DNA of 64,000 nucleotides from Ichthyobacteriaceae bacterium (GTDB lineage: Bacteria; Bacteroidota; Bacteroidia; Flavobacteriales; JADGDT01), in assembly GCA_016744755.1 (NCBI GenBank), contig JADGDT010000002.1:12302-76301 (forward strand). Reading direction: 5' to 3'. How positions within the stretch are numbered: the first letter of the stretch is position 1; every line of letters begins with the position of its first letter. Under the pieces are notes generated by a model that worked only from the letters and a program-made list of their open reading frames with translations, was not told the DNA's origin and searched no databases. Below are positions 1 to 8,691 of the stretch, one piece after another. Position numbers and translations under genes: made by a program.

Positions 1-1
1 T

Positions 2-637
2 AAACAAACTACAGTCAATGAACTTGACGATGTAAGACTTGAAAACCTAAAGGAACAACCATTTGCAAAGGTTCACAATTTTGATGCTTTACAAATCCCT
101 CACACTTACGATAGAAAGTTTGAAGGAGTAGTTACCAATCCCCCTTTTGGAAGTTTAAGCGAGCCAATATTCTTTGGTAAATTCAAGATAAAAGGACTTG
201 AACAAGCAATGAGCCTAAAAGCATTGCAGACTATGAAAGACAGCGGTAAGTGTGCAATTATTATTGGAGGTCACACTGCATGGGATGAGCAAGGAAGAGT
301 AAAGGCAGGAAAGAATAGAATCTTTCTCAACTACCTATATCACTTTTACAATGTTGAAGATATAATTCCTATAAACGGAAGTAAACTTTACTCCAGACAA
401 GGAACATCTTTCGATACAAGATTGATATTAATTAATGGAGCTAAGGAACATCCAGAGGGAGCTTCGCCATTAAAAAATAAACTACATAGTACAGTTGTAA
501 ATACTCATGAAGAGCTTTGGGAACGTGTAGGACTTGAAAGGTCAAAGTTCAAAGCTGAAAGTTCAAAGGATAAAGACAATCTATTAATTCAAGAACTAGA
601 AGCCGAAGCAATAATCATTATACAACTACAAGGGTAA
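2..637 (+). CDS. N6-adenine DNA methyltransferase, C-terminal part (5' end outside window)
   Basis: The frame is open from base 2. Motif IV 'VVTNPPFGS' is present (NPPF at 137-148). The protein ends in the tail SKFKAESSKDKDNLLIQELEAEAIIIIQLQG, which is shared with the next two proteins. Confidence 0.75.
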   Translation, partial: KQTTVNELDDVRLENLKEQPFAKVHNFDALQIPHTYDRKFEGVVTNPPFGSLSEPIFFGKFKIKGLEQAMSLKALQTMKDSGKCAIIIGGHTAWDEQGRVKAGKNRIFLNYLYHFYNVEDIIPINGSKLYSRQGTSFDTRLILINGAKEHPEGASPLKNKLHSTVVNTHEELWERVGLERSKFKAESSKDKDNLLIQELEAEAIIIIQLQG

Positions 638-676
638 ACACCTAAACAAGTTAACAACTAACCGAATAAACATAAT

Positions 677-3600
677 ATGAAATCAAACATAAAATTCTCA
701 AACAACAATCTTACTATCAAGTTTCAGGAAGAACCAAAGGCACACATTTCCTCAAGACTTATCGAGCTAGGATTCAAAGCTACAACCAATAAAACTTTTG
801 TTCGTACAGAAAAATTAGCACAAAACGAACACGATTATTTACAAGGAATGTTTGGAGTTCAAGGTTTGGGAATGGCATACATACCTGCTGCCGAAAAAGG
901 TTTCATATTAGATACAACAGTACCCGATAGTATGGGTTACGAGATGCATATTGCTATTCGTAAGATTAAAAACAAAATAGGAATGTCGTTATTTGATTAT
1001 GTAGCTGAAAAGCTAGATTACGATAGTGATACACTTGTAAAATCTCTTAGTGCAGAGCAAATAGATGCAGTATCACTAGCGATTTATAACATCGAAAAAA
1101 GAAAGCAAGGAGTTATTATTGGCGATCAGACAGGAATAGGAAAAGGACGTACTGCAGGTGCAATGATTCGCTACGGAGTTAAGCAAGGTTTACAACCAAT
1201 ATTTCTATCAGAAAAGCCTAATCTTTTCACAGATTTATACCGTGATTTAGTTGATATTGATAGTAGTGAACTTGTGCCTTTTATAGTAAATGCAAAAGCT
1301 AGTAAGACAAATATAAAAGACAAAGAGGGTACAACAGTTTATACAGCTCCAGAGAAATCAATCCAAGGAAATATTATAAAATCAAAGAAAGTACCAACGA
1401 GTTACAATTTTGTTTGTGCTACATATTCTCAATTCAACAATCCAAAGAAACCTGCAAAGCAGATGTTCTTGCACAAAGTAGCTGAGAACAATATCATCAT
1501 AATGGACGAATCACACAATGCATCGGGCAGTAGTAATACTGGCGAGTTTATGCAAAGTGTTTTACGAGTTTCTAAAGGTGTTGTTTTCCTATCGGCAACA
1601 TTTGCTAAACGACCAGATAATATGCCAATCTATGCTCAAAAAACTTGCATGAGCGATGCTAATATGAGTAAAGAGGATTTAGTTGATGCAATAGCTTATG
1701 GAGGTGTTGCTTTACAAGAAATAATAGCTTCTCAATTAGTTGCAGAGGGTCAAATGATTAGACGTGAACGTTCGTTTGAGGGAATTGAAGTAAACTATAT
1801 AGAGCTTAAAGAAAAAGCCAAAGAACAAGGAGAAGTAGCCGATAAGGTTACAAAGATAATGCGAGATATTATCAAGTTTCAAGAAGACCATATTAACGGA
1901 GAGATTAAGGTTTTAGATAAAATAGCCGCAGGCGAAGGAAAAGAGGTTATAACAAGAAAAGGTACAGAAAAAGCAGGTGTTGACAATGTTCCTTATTTCT
2001 CGAAAGTATTTAATGTTATCAATCAATTATTGTTCTCAATTAACGCTTCTGATGTAGCAGACCATGCAATATCTAGACTAAAAGAAGGTAAGAAACCTAT
2101 CATTGCTTTTGCATCTACAATGGGTAGTTTTTTGGAAGATATAGCAACTCCAGAAGATGTTATAAATGCTGATTTTTCAACGGTACTAGAGAAAGGATTG
2201 GATAGTGTTTTGCGTTATACAGAAAAGGATATTGACGGAGAAAGTGAGAAAAAGATGTTCAATATTTCTGAAATGTCAGACGAAGCAAGGTTTGATTACA
2301 ACAGTATTATAAGCGAGATAGACCAAGTATCAACAGGCATTACAATTAGTCCTATTGATTTAATTGTTCAGAAAATAAACGAAGCAGGTTTCTCAACTGG
2401 AGAAGTTACAGGGCGTAAACTAAACGTTCAGTACAAATCTACTTCATCAAAAAACACTACTGCACTTGTAATGCGTAGAAAGAAACATAATACATCAGAT
2501 TTATTCAGACAATTTAACGATAATGATATTGATTGTTTGCTTATTAATAAGTCGGGTTCTACAGGTGCATCGGCACATGCCATTGTTACACCAAAAGTTA
2601 CTACAGATGAAGTAAAGCAACGAGTAATGATTATTCTACAACCCGAATTAAACATTAGTACAGAAATTCAGAAAAGAGGAAGAATCAACCGTACTGGGCA
2701 GATAAAGAAACCAATTTACGATTATATAATATCGTCAATTCCTGCTCAAAAGCGTTTCATGATGATGCTGAAAAAGAAGCTAAAATCATTGGATGCCAAT
2801 ACTACATCAAATCAAAAAAACAGTAAATCACAATTAAAGTCAGATGATTTCCTTAACAAGTATGGCGACAAGGTTGTAAGGCTTTACATGTTGGAGAATC
2901 CCGAGCTTAACAAGTTACTTGATAATCCTTTGAAGTTTAAAGGAGAAGATAGCGATGATAAAGCAAACGAGGGCGATGCATCAAAAGTAAGCGGACGTGT
3001 TGCAGTATTGCCAGTAAAAGAGCAAGAAAAGTTTTACACTGATATTATTGAGCTTTACAACGATTATGTTGATTACTTGGTGCAAGCAGATGAGTATGAT
3101 TTAGAAGTTACTGTATTAGACCTAAAAGCCGAAACAAAAGATACTCAAGTTGTAATTGCAGGTAAAGGTGGAAAGTCTGTTTTTGGGAATGATACATTCC
3201 TCGAAAAATGTGAGTGTAACGTACTTAAAAAGCCATACAAGAAAGATGAGCTTGAGAAGATAGTTTCTAAAAGTTTGAACGGTAAAAATGCGGATGATAT
3301 ATCTGAAAAAATCGTTGATACTCACGAACAATTTGTAGATAAATATCTAAAAACAAAATTAGACGAAGGACAAAAGAAGTATGCTAAATTATTGGAAAAT
3401 ATAACCAATGAAAAAGCTTATAAACTTATTGGCAATGATGAAAATAATGTAAAAGAAGATTACATAGAAGAACGCACAGAAGCTATTGAAGAAGCTAAGA
3501 TTGAGTTTGCGAATAAACTTTCTTTACAAGTACAAAATCGTAAATCATACTTAAATGGTTTCTTCAAATATTTCAAAGTTGGACACGGTTATAATTATCC

Positions 3601-4645
3601 ATCATTAGGTTACGACCAATCGAGTAATGAGGGTGCAAAATGTATTTTCTTAGGATTTGATATTAAAGAAAAAAGCAAAAACCCTTATGCTCCATCATCG
3701 GTAAAACTAAAGTTTGCAATTTCTGATAGTAGAAAATATATAACATTGGCTTGTAGTGGCGACACTGCAAAAGAAATTGAGCGTATTCAAGGTCGTAGTT
3801 TCAGACTATCCACAGAACAAAAAGAAACGACAATAGACAATTGGGAAGAAGCAACAAAAGGCTTTACAGGAAGCAGGAGAAACAGATATATAGTTAATGG
3901 AAACATACTTCAAGGTTCGGCAGATTTTGCAGGTAAGCTAGTTAGCTACACTACCAAAGGCAGAGGAGTTAAGAAAGGTATTCTAATGGCTGAATCGTGG
4001 TTGCCAACAGAAGAGAACGGTGTAGGTAATTATGTTGTTGCACCAATTGGCAAGCTCGAAAAACAGATTTTAAGTTTACGTTCTGGTGCAACTATGAGTA
4101 CCGAAAACAAAATGACTTTTGCCAAGCATAATTACGAGGATAAGTTTTTGATAATTATGCCAAAAGCAAAAACACATCAATCAATTTTTACTGATAAAGA
4201 TGTGATTAAGCTTTTGGAAAATAGTAGAGATGGTTTTGAGATGATTTCGGGGTCAATGAAAGCAAATGTTTCTATTGAAAAAATGCCAAAGTTTTTAAAG
4301 TTATTGGGCGATAGATTTAGCGTATCAATGAAACTACCTAAGCATTATTTTGATGAACATTTAAACTCAAAATCAAAGAATACAAGTTCATCTGATGCAC
4401 TAACTGATGATGCTATAAAAATGCTTGAAGATGATACAATTTCATTTGAAAAACGACTTAAAAAGCAAAAGCAGAAAAGCCTGTCTGCCGACAAGTCAGG
4501 CTCGAAGCTGAAAGCTGAAAATTCAAAAGAAAGCGATGAAGATATGTTGATGTTGGAACTAGAAGCAGAATCAATAATTATCATGCAGATGCAAGGAAGT
4601 TACAAGCAAGTAGCAGGATTTACTAATCAAAGAAGGATGTTTTAA
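677..4645 (+). CDS. Strawberry-notch (Sbno)-type superfamily-2 helicase, 1322 aa
   Basis: P-loop 'IIGDQTGIGKGRTAG', DExH box 'IIIMDESHNASG', and a C-terminal helicase block 'LLINKSGSTGASAHA ... ELNISTEIQKRGRINRTGQ' typical of Sbno-like helicases. The C-terminus carries SKLKAENSKESDEDMLMLELEAESIIIMQMQG. Confidence 0.8.
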   Translation: MKSNIKFSNNNLTIKFQEEPKAHISSRLIELGFKATTNKTFVRTEKLAQNEHDYLQGMFGVQGLGMAYIPAAEKGFILDTTVPDSMGYEMHIAIRKIKNKIGMSLFDYVAEKLDYDSDTLVKSLSAEQIDAVSLAIYNIEKRKQGVIIGDQTGIGKGRTAGAMIRYGVKQGLQPIFLSEKPNLFTDLYRDLVDIDSSELVPFIVNAKASKTNIKDKEGTTVYTAPEKSIQGNIIKSKKVPTSYNFVCATYSQFNNPKKPAKQMFLHKVAENNIIIMDESHNASGSSNTGEFMQSVLRVSKGVVFLSATFAKRPDNMPIYAQKTCMSDANMSKEDLVDAIAYGGVALQEIIASQLVAEGQMIRRERSFEGIEVNYIELKEKAKEQGEVADKVTKIMRDIIKFQEDHINGEIKVLDKIAAGEGKEVITRKGTEKAGVDNVPYFSKVFNVINQLLFSINASDVADHAISRLKEGKKPIIAFASTMGSFLEDIATPEDVINADFSTVLEKGLDSVLRYTEKDIDGESEKKMFNISEMSDEARFDYNSIISEIDQVSTGITISPIDLIVQKINEAGFSTGEVTGRKLNVQYKSTSSKNTTALVMRRKKHNTSDLFRQFNDNDIDCLLINKSGSTGASAHAIVTPKVTTDEVKQRVMIILQPELNISTEIQKRGRINRTGQIKKPIYDYIISSIPAQKRFMMMLKKKLKSLDANTTSNQKNSKSQLKSDDFLNKYGDKVVRLYMLENPELNKLLDNPLKFKGEDSDDKANEGDASKVSGRVAVLPVKEQEKFYTDIIELYNDYVDYLVQADEYDLEVTVLDLKAETKDTQVVIAGKGGKSVFGNDTFLEKCECNVLKKPYKKDELEKIVSKSLNGKNADDISEKIVDTHEQFVDKYLKTKLDEGQKKYAKLLENITNEKAYKLIGNDENNVKEDYIEERTEAIEEAKIEFANKLSLQVQNRKSYLNGFFKYFKVGHGYNYPSLGYDQSSNEGAKCIFLGFDIKEKSKNPYAPSSVKLKFAISDSRKYITLACSGDTAKEIERIQGRSFRLSTEQKETTIDNWEEATKGFTGSRRNRYIVNGNILQGSADFAGKLVSYTTKGRGVKKGILMAESWLPTEENGVGNYVVAPIGKLEKQILSLRSGATMSTENKMTFAKHNYEDKFLIIMPKAKTHQSIFTDKDVIKLLENSRDGFEMISGSMKANVSIEKMPKFLKLLGDRFSVSMKLPKHYFDEHLNSKSKNTSSSDALTDDAIKMLEDDTISFEKRLKKQKQKSLSADKSGSKLKAENSKESDEDMLMLELEAESIIIMQMQGSYKQVAGFTNQRRMF

Positions 4646-5781
4646 TGAGTATAGGAACTATAAATTTTGGAAACTCAGGGACTAAGTTCGATAGAGCTTG
4701 GGATAATACTGTTTGGGATGAGAAAGCAAAGGATTATTTAATGCTTGCCAATATCAATACTGAAAATGGAGATATATCTTGGTGGGTTAAGAAGCCAAAC
4801 TCAGAACAGAAAAAGGCGGTAGAAAAATATGCTTCTCAATTTGTTGATGATGATTTGTTGTTATTGGAACTCGAAGCTGAAGCTGTACTTGTGTTACAAA
4901 AACAAGTAGTTACTACAAGTAATAAAATTGACCAGGGAAAAGGTAAAAACAAACATGATTTAATTTATGAAAAGGCAATATCTGAACTCAAATACAATCA
5001 AGAAGATAGCTTTTGTAAAATTATTGAGAATGATTTGAAAACTTCATTATCGGAAGATGAAAAACAGAAGTATGTAGCTATGCTAGTGAATGATACTAGC
5101 AATAAAGTAAAGTTTAAAGCAGGAAATAAGATTCTAAAAGATGAATATAAATTTCAACCAGTTTTTCCTCAATCAATTAAAGTTGCAGAACCAAAGGATT
5201 TAAGTTTAAGAGGAAAAGTTGTTGCTATGGCTAAATATTCAGCCACTAGAAAGGATGAATATCATGATATTTATGGATATGTGTATCATGACATGAGATA
5301 CTTGGTAGCAACAGATGCTCATCAGCTTGTAGTTGTTCATGTAAAAGAAATGAGAGATGATAAATACTATGCTTTTGATGGTGGAATGTCTTTTCCAAAA
5401 GGAACATTTCCAAAATACCGAAGTGTAATACCAAAGAGAATAAAAAACAACAATGTATTAGACTTGAAACAATTGATAGAACAGGTAAAAGGAGTTGAGA
5501 AAGCAAATTCATACTTCAATAAGAAGACTAACATATTACCCGCTGTAAAACTACTATTCAAAGAGAATAGTAAAATGATATTTACAAGTCCACAAATTAC
5601 ACTTAAAGCTTTAATGTCCTTATGGATGACAGGTGTTACAAAGGTTGACATATCAGTTTCAGAAAATCAAAGTATTGTTTTTTATGATGCTGAGAACGAT
5701 AAAACACTAGCAGTTGTAATGGCTTTGATGTCGGGTACAGACACTCTTTTTACACCAATATTAGGAAACGGAATAAACTAA
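4645..5781 (+). CDS. Hypothetical protein with a DnaN (beta sliding clamp)-like C-terminal region
   Basis: The ATG overlaps the helicase stop (TAATG at 4643-4647). The N-terminal ~90 aa end in DDDLLLLELEAEAVLVLQKQ. Later segments 'RYLVATDAHQLVVVH', 'GTFPKYRSVIPK' and 'LAVVMALM' parallel the DnaN signatures VATDGHRLAV, FPDYRRVLPK and YVVMPMRL, which I recalled from E. coli DnaN and did not compute. Confidence 0.5.
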   Translation: MSIGTINFGNSGTKFDRAWDNTVWDEKAKDYLMLANINTENGDISWWVKKPNSEQKKAVEKYASQFVDDDLLLLELEAEAVLVLQKQVVTTSNKIDQGKGKNKHDLIYEKAISELKYNQEDSFCKIIENDLKTSLSEDEKQKYVAMLVNDTSNKVKFKAGNKILKDEYKFQPVFPQSIKVAEPKDLSLRGKVVAMAKYSATRKDEYHDIYGYVYHDMRYLVATDAHQLVVVHVKEMRDDKYYAFDGGMSFPKGTFPKYRSVIPKRIKNNNVLDLKQLIEQVKGVEKANSYFNKKTNILPAVKLLFKENSKMIFTSPQITLKALMSLWMTGVTKVDISVSENQSIVFYDAENDKTLAVVMALMSGTDTLFTPILGNGIN

Positions 5782-5798
5782 CTATAAAAATATATAAG

Positions 5799-6674
5799 AT
5801 GAACTTAACAGTAAATAATTACGAAAGTGCAGTAGAAAATATAGATTTTTCAAAGCTACCAGAAGCTATACGAATGGTTGATGATAAGTGGGGACAATTC
5901 TACAAGTTCTACGGAAAAAGTGATAAGATTACAGAGATGGTTGACAATCATCTAAAAAGTCTAAAACCTTACATCAAGGGAGATAAGAAGGTAATTCTTA
6001 AAAAGACAGTCACTAAACCAAGCAAACCTAAAACGGTTAAAGTTACACCTCATAAAAAGGCAGTAAGCAAAGCTGTGAAATCAAAAATTATAGTAAAGAC
6101 GCAACGCATTGCGTCTCAACGAAAACAAGCTGTCAGAAAGCAAAATGAAGTAGAACTAATGCCTTTGGAAGTACGTTTCATAAAACGATACTTAACACTG
6201 CACGATAAGAGAGTAACAGAAAAACAAGTATCAACTTTCTATAAGGCAATTCAGAAAGCATCGGTTGAAAAAACAATTAGAAAAAGTGGAAAGTATGCTA
6301 ATGAGATAATGAAAATCAGCAAGGATTTATCTCAAACTTATAAAGAGATGAACAACTCATGCAAGTTTGAAATACCAAGTTCGTTACATGTTAAACTTAA
6401 AAATATAACAGATAGTTATGGTGTTACTCCTGCAATTGCATTGATAAAAAGATTCATCAGTTTATATGGTAGAATTACTAAAGAGAAAGCTTCAAGGCTT
6501 CTTAAAAGTATAGAAAACTCAAAGGAAAATGGCAAAGTAAAAAGTTCTGACAATGCTTATAGCAGAGTTGTTGAAATAGAAAATCATCTTGAAAAATATT
6601 TAGATAGTGATAAGTTATTTATAACGGATGTTCAGCTTAACGGATTAAGAGGAATAGCAGGCTTGGGAAAGTAG
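5799..6674 (+). CDS. Lys-rich hypothetical protein (possible DNA-binding)
   Basis: 291-aa ORF with a basic tract KKTVTKPSKPKTVKVTPHKKAVSKAVKSK and two similar helical modules (VRFIKRYLTLHDKRVTEKQVSTFYKAIQKA / IALIKRFISLYGRITKEKASRLLKSIENS). No recognisable family. Confidence 0.4.
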   Translation: MNLTVNNYESAVENIDFSKLPEAIRMVDDKWGQFYKFYGKSDKITEMVDNHLKSLKPYIKGDKKVILKKTVTKPSKPKTVKVTPHKKAVSKAVKSKIIVKTQRIASQRKQAVRKQNEVELMPLEVRFIKRYLTLHDKRVTEKQVSTFYKAIQKASVEKTIRKSGKYANEIMKISKDLSQTYKEMNNSCKFEIPSSLHVKLKNITDSYGVTPAIALIKRFISLYGRITKEKASRLLKSIENSKENGKVKSSDNAYSRVVEIENHLEKYLDSDKLFITDVQLNGLRGIAGLGK

Positions 6675-6712
6675 AAGCCATTACTTCCAACAAACCTAAA
6701 GGACGTAGTGGC

Positions 6713-7444
6713 ATGACTAAAACTAATCAAAATAGCTTTGATAATTTTGAACTTAAACCAACTAATCAATCTAAAGGAAGCGAGTTGCTTAATGGTATTT
6801 CAAATTTATACGATGCTATAAATCAGAAACAAGTTAATCCAAAAATGAAAACACAAAACCATTCTGAAAGGTCTATTTTAACTGATAGTAATGTTGTGTC
6901 AACTTCTCAATTGGCTAAAGCAAATTTTGATACAGTTAAGATTGGAGGAAAGTTCGGTCAATTATTAGGAGAGCCATACAATCCATTTTATATGATGATA
7001 TATGGCGATAGGTTTAACGGTAAAAGTTCTGTAGCAATGTTGCTTGCAGGCACATTGTCAAAGAAGAGAAACAAGGTGCTGTATATCTCAAACGAAGAGG
7101 GAGTAAAAGCTTCACTACAAGAAAAATTAGTAAGGTTAAACATTACAAATCCTATTGATTTTGTGGAAGATTATAACTCTGAAATGTTTGCTAGGTATGA
7201 CGCTGTTTTCATGGATAGCGTGCAAACAATAGGGTTAAAGTCAGAAGATTTTAAACTACTAAAAAGGCAATACCCCCAAACATCTTTTGTGATGGTATTT
7301 AAAGCCAATAGAGATGGAACGAGCAAAGGAGGTACAGATTGGGAACATGATGTTGATGCAATTATGCACATAGAAAAAGGCTCGGCTACAATGGAGAAAA
7401 ACCGTTTTCCGAATGGTAGTAATGGAACTATAAAGATTTTTTAA
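6713..7444 (+). CDS. RecA-superfamily P-loop ATPase (RadA/Sak4/KaiC-like)
   Basis: Walker A 'YGDRFNGKSS', Walker B-like 'AVFMDSV', and 'VMVFKANRDGTSKGGTDWEHDVDAIMHIEKG', which resembles the RadA/DnaB-type C-terminal core. Confidence 0.55.
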   Translation: MTKTNQNSFDNFELKPTNQSKGSELLNGISNLYDAINQKQVNPKMKTQNHSERSILTDSNVVSTSQLAKANFDTVKIGGKFGQLLGEPYNPFYMMIYGDRFNGKSSVAMLLAGTLSKKRNKVLYISNEEGVKASLQEKLVRLNITNPIDFVEDYNSEMFARYDAVFMDSVQTIGLKSEDFKLLKRQYPQTSFVMVFKANRDGTSKGGTDWEHDVDAIMHIEKGSATMEKNRFPNGSNGTIKIF

Positions 7445-7446
7445 TA

Positions 7447-7794
7447 ATGATAGCAAATACAAGTGTAGAATTATTCACAGTAATTATTGGAGGTCTTGGT
7501 ACAATTGGTGTAGGCACAATATCTTATGTTATTAAACGGTCAATTACTACCAATGCGACCAAAGAGAATGTTTTAAATCAAGCTCGTTTATTAGAGAAAG
7601 ATATTCAACATCACGATAAAGAGATATTGGCTTGTAAGTTGAACCAATCGCTAATAGAATCAAGATTTATAGAGTTAAAAGACTCGTTTAAAGACAAGTA
7701 CGTGACAAAGCAAGAATTAAAGGATCAAATGAAATTGATAGATAGCAAGTTAGAAGTAATATTAAAATTCGTAAAGCATGAGCATATTCAGTAA
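7447..7794 (+). CDS. N-terminally membrane-anchored coiled-coil protein (i-spanin-like topology)
   Basis: One N-terminal TM segment (LFTVIIGGLGTIGVGTISYVI) followed by a charged heptad-like helix. It sits immediately upstream of, and overlaps, the holin-like gene. Confidence 0.4.
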   Translation: MIANTSVELFTVIIGGLGTIGVGTISYVIKRSITTNATKENVLNQARLLEKDIQHHDKEILACKLNQSLIESRFIELKDSFKDKYVTKQELKDQMKLIDSKLEVILKFVKHEHIQ

Positions 7795-8173
7795 GCTAAT
7801 AGGAAAAGGAACATCAGAAATTTTAAAAGAAGGAACAAAACTTATAGATGAAATTTTCACTACCAAAGAGGAAAAACTAGAAGCCAAAAAAGAATTGTTC
7901 AGACTAGCAATTACCGACAAAGACAGTGCAAGGAAAATGTATTCTCTAGACAGTACTTTACAGAAAGTATTTGCCATATTTTTCCTTGTATCGTGGGTAT
8001 TTCTTACTGTTTTAATTCTCAACTATTTTGTATTCGAAAAAGTAGATTTATTAGACTGGCAAATTGCATTTGTCAGCACCATTTACGGAGGTATATCTAC
8101 TAAGTTAGGCACAATAGTAGATTTCTTGTTTGGTGGTTCGTCAGCAAGTGAAAAAGTTAACCTTAAAGGATAA
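7778..8173 (+). CDS. Holin-like membrane protein (DUF3154 / 'holin of 3TMs' type)
   Basis: The N-terminus 'MSIFSKLIGKG...LIDEIFTTKEEKLEAKKELFRL' resembles the DUF3154 family N-terminus, and two C-terminal TM segments follow. It overlaps the previous ORF by 17 nt. Confidence 0.5.
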   Translation: MSIFSKLIGKGTSEILKEGTKLIDEIFTTKEEKLEAKKELFRLAITDKDSARKMYSLDSTLQKVFAIFFLVSWVFLTVLILNYFVFEKVDLLDWQIAFVSTIYGGISTKLGTIVDFLFGGSSASEKVNLKG

Positions 8174-8176
8174 ATT

Positions 8177-8629
8177 ATGGAGTTAGTTAATACTAGAATA
8201 GCAAGCGATAATGAAAGTACGTTAGGACTTCTTACAGTAAATGGCAAGAAGTTCTCATTTGTGATTGAAGATGAAGAACGAGAGGTAAAAGTAAAAGGAG
8301 AAACTAGAATACCTGCAGGTAAATATCAAGTTAAATTTAGAAAAGAACTTTCTCCATTAACTGAAAAGTATAGGGCTAAATATCCTTGGTTTACTTATCA
8401 CTTGGAACTGACTAATGTTCCTAACTTTAAATATGTGTATATCCATATCGGAAATTTTGAGAGTAGTACAGATGCTTGTCAAGTTGTTGGGAATAAAGCA
8501 GGGTTTGATGGTAATAACCACTTTAGAAACTTTGAGAGTGTGGATAATTTTAAGCGGTTGTATTTGGTGGTTTCTGAGTCTATTGAACGTGGGGGAGATG
8601 TTTGGTATGAGATTGTTGATACGAATTGA
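8177..8629 (+). CDS. DUF5675-like protein (possible His/Cys cell-wall enzyme, endolysin candidate)
   Basis: 150 aa. 'STLGLLTVNGKKFSFVIEDEER...RIPAGKYQVKF...YIHIGNFESSTDACQVVG' matches my recollection of the DUF5675 pattern (TLG..., IPaGtY, iH.GN....GC). It lies directly after the holin-like gene. Confidence 0.5.
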   Translation: MELVNTRIASDNESTLGLLTVNGKKFSFVIEDEEREVKVKGETRIPAGKYQVKFRKELSPLTEKYRAKYPWFTYHLELTNVPNFKYVYIHIGNFESSTDACQVVGNKAGFDGNNHFRNFESVDNFKRLYLVVSESIERGGDVWYEIVDTN

Positions 8630-8691
8630 TAAATAATGTGTTTAGAATTGAAAAATCCCATTATCAAGGTTAGTTTGATGATGGGATTTTT
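8327..8691 (+). repeat. Direct repeat copy A (3' two-thirds of the DUF5675 gene plus terminator)
   Basis: Aligns by eye with 12333-12686 at roughly four-fifths nucleotide identity, including the stop codon context 'gattgataaata' and the terminator hairpin 'aaatcccattatcaag'. Confidence 0.85.
8653..8691 (+). terminator. Rho-independent terminator of the DUF5675 gene
   Basis: Hairpin aaatcccattatcaa / ttgatgatgggattt followed by a T-run. Confidence 0.7.

Noticed and set aside
2428-5651. Antisense ORFs inside the helicase and clamp-like genes (2428-2655, 3122-3331, 4345-4584, 5246-5512, 5367-5651).
   Set aside because: They lie entirely within long, motif-supported genes on the other strand. 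Their products are low-complexity, Ser/Phe/Ile-rich, which is typical of antisense AT-rich coding DNA.
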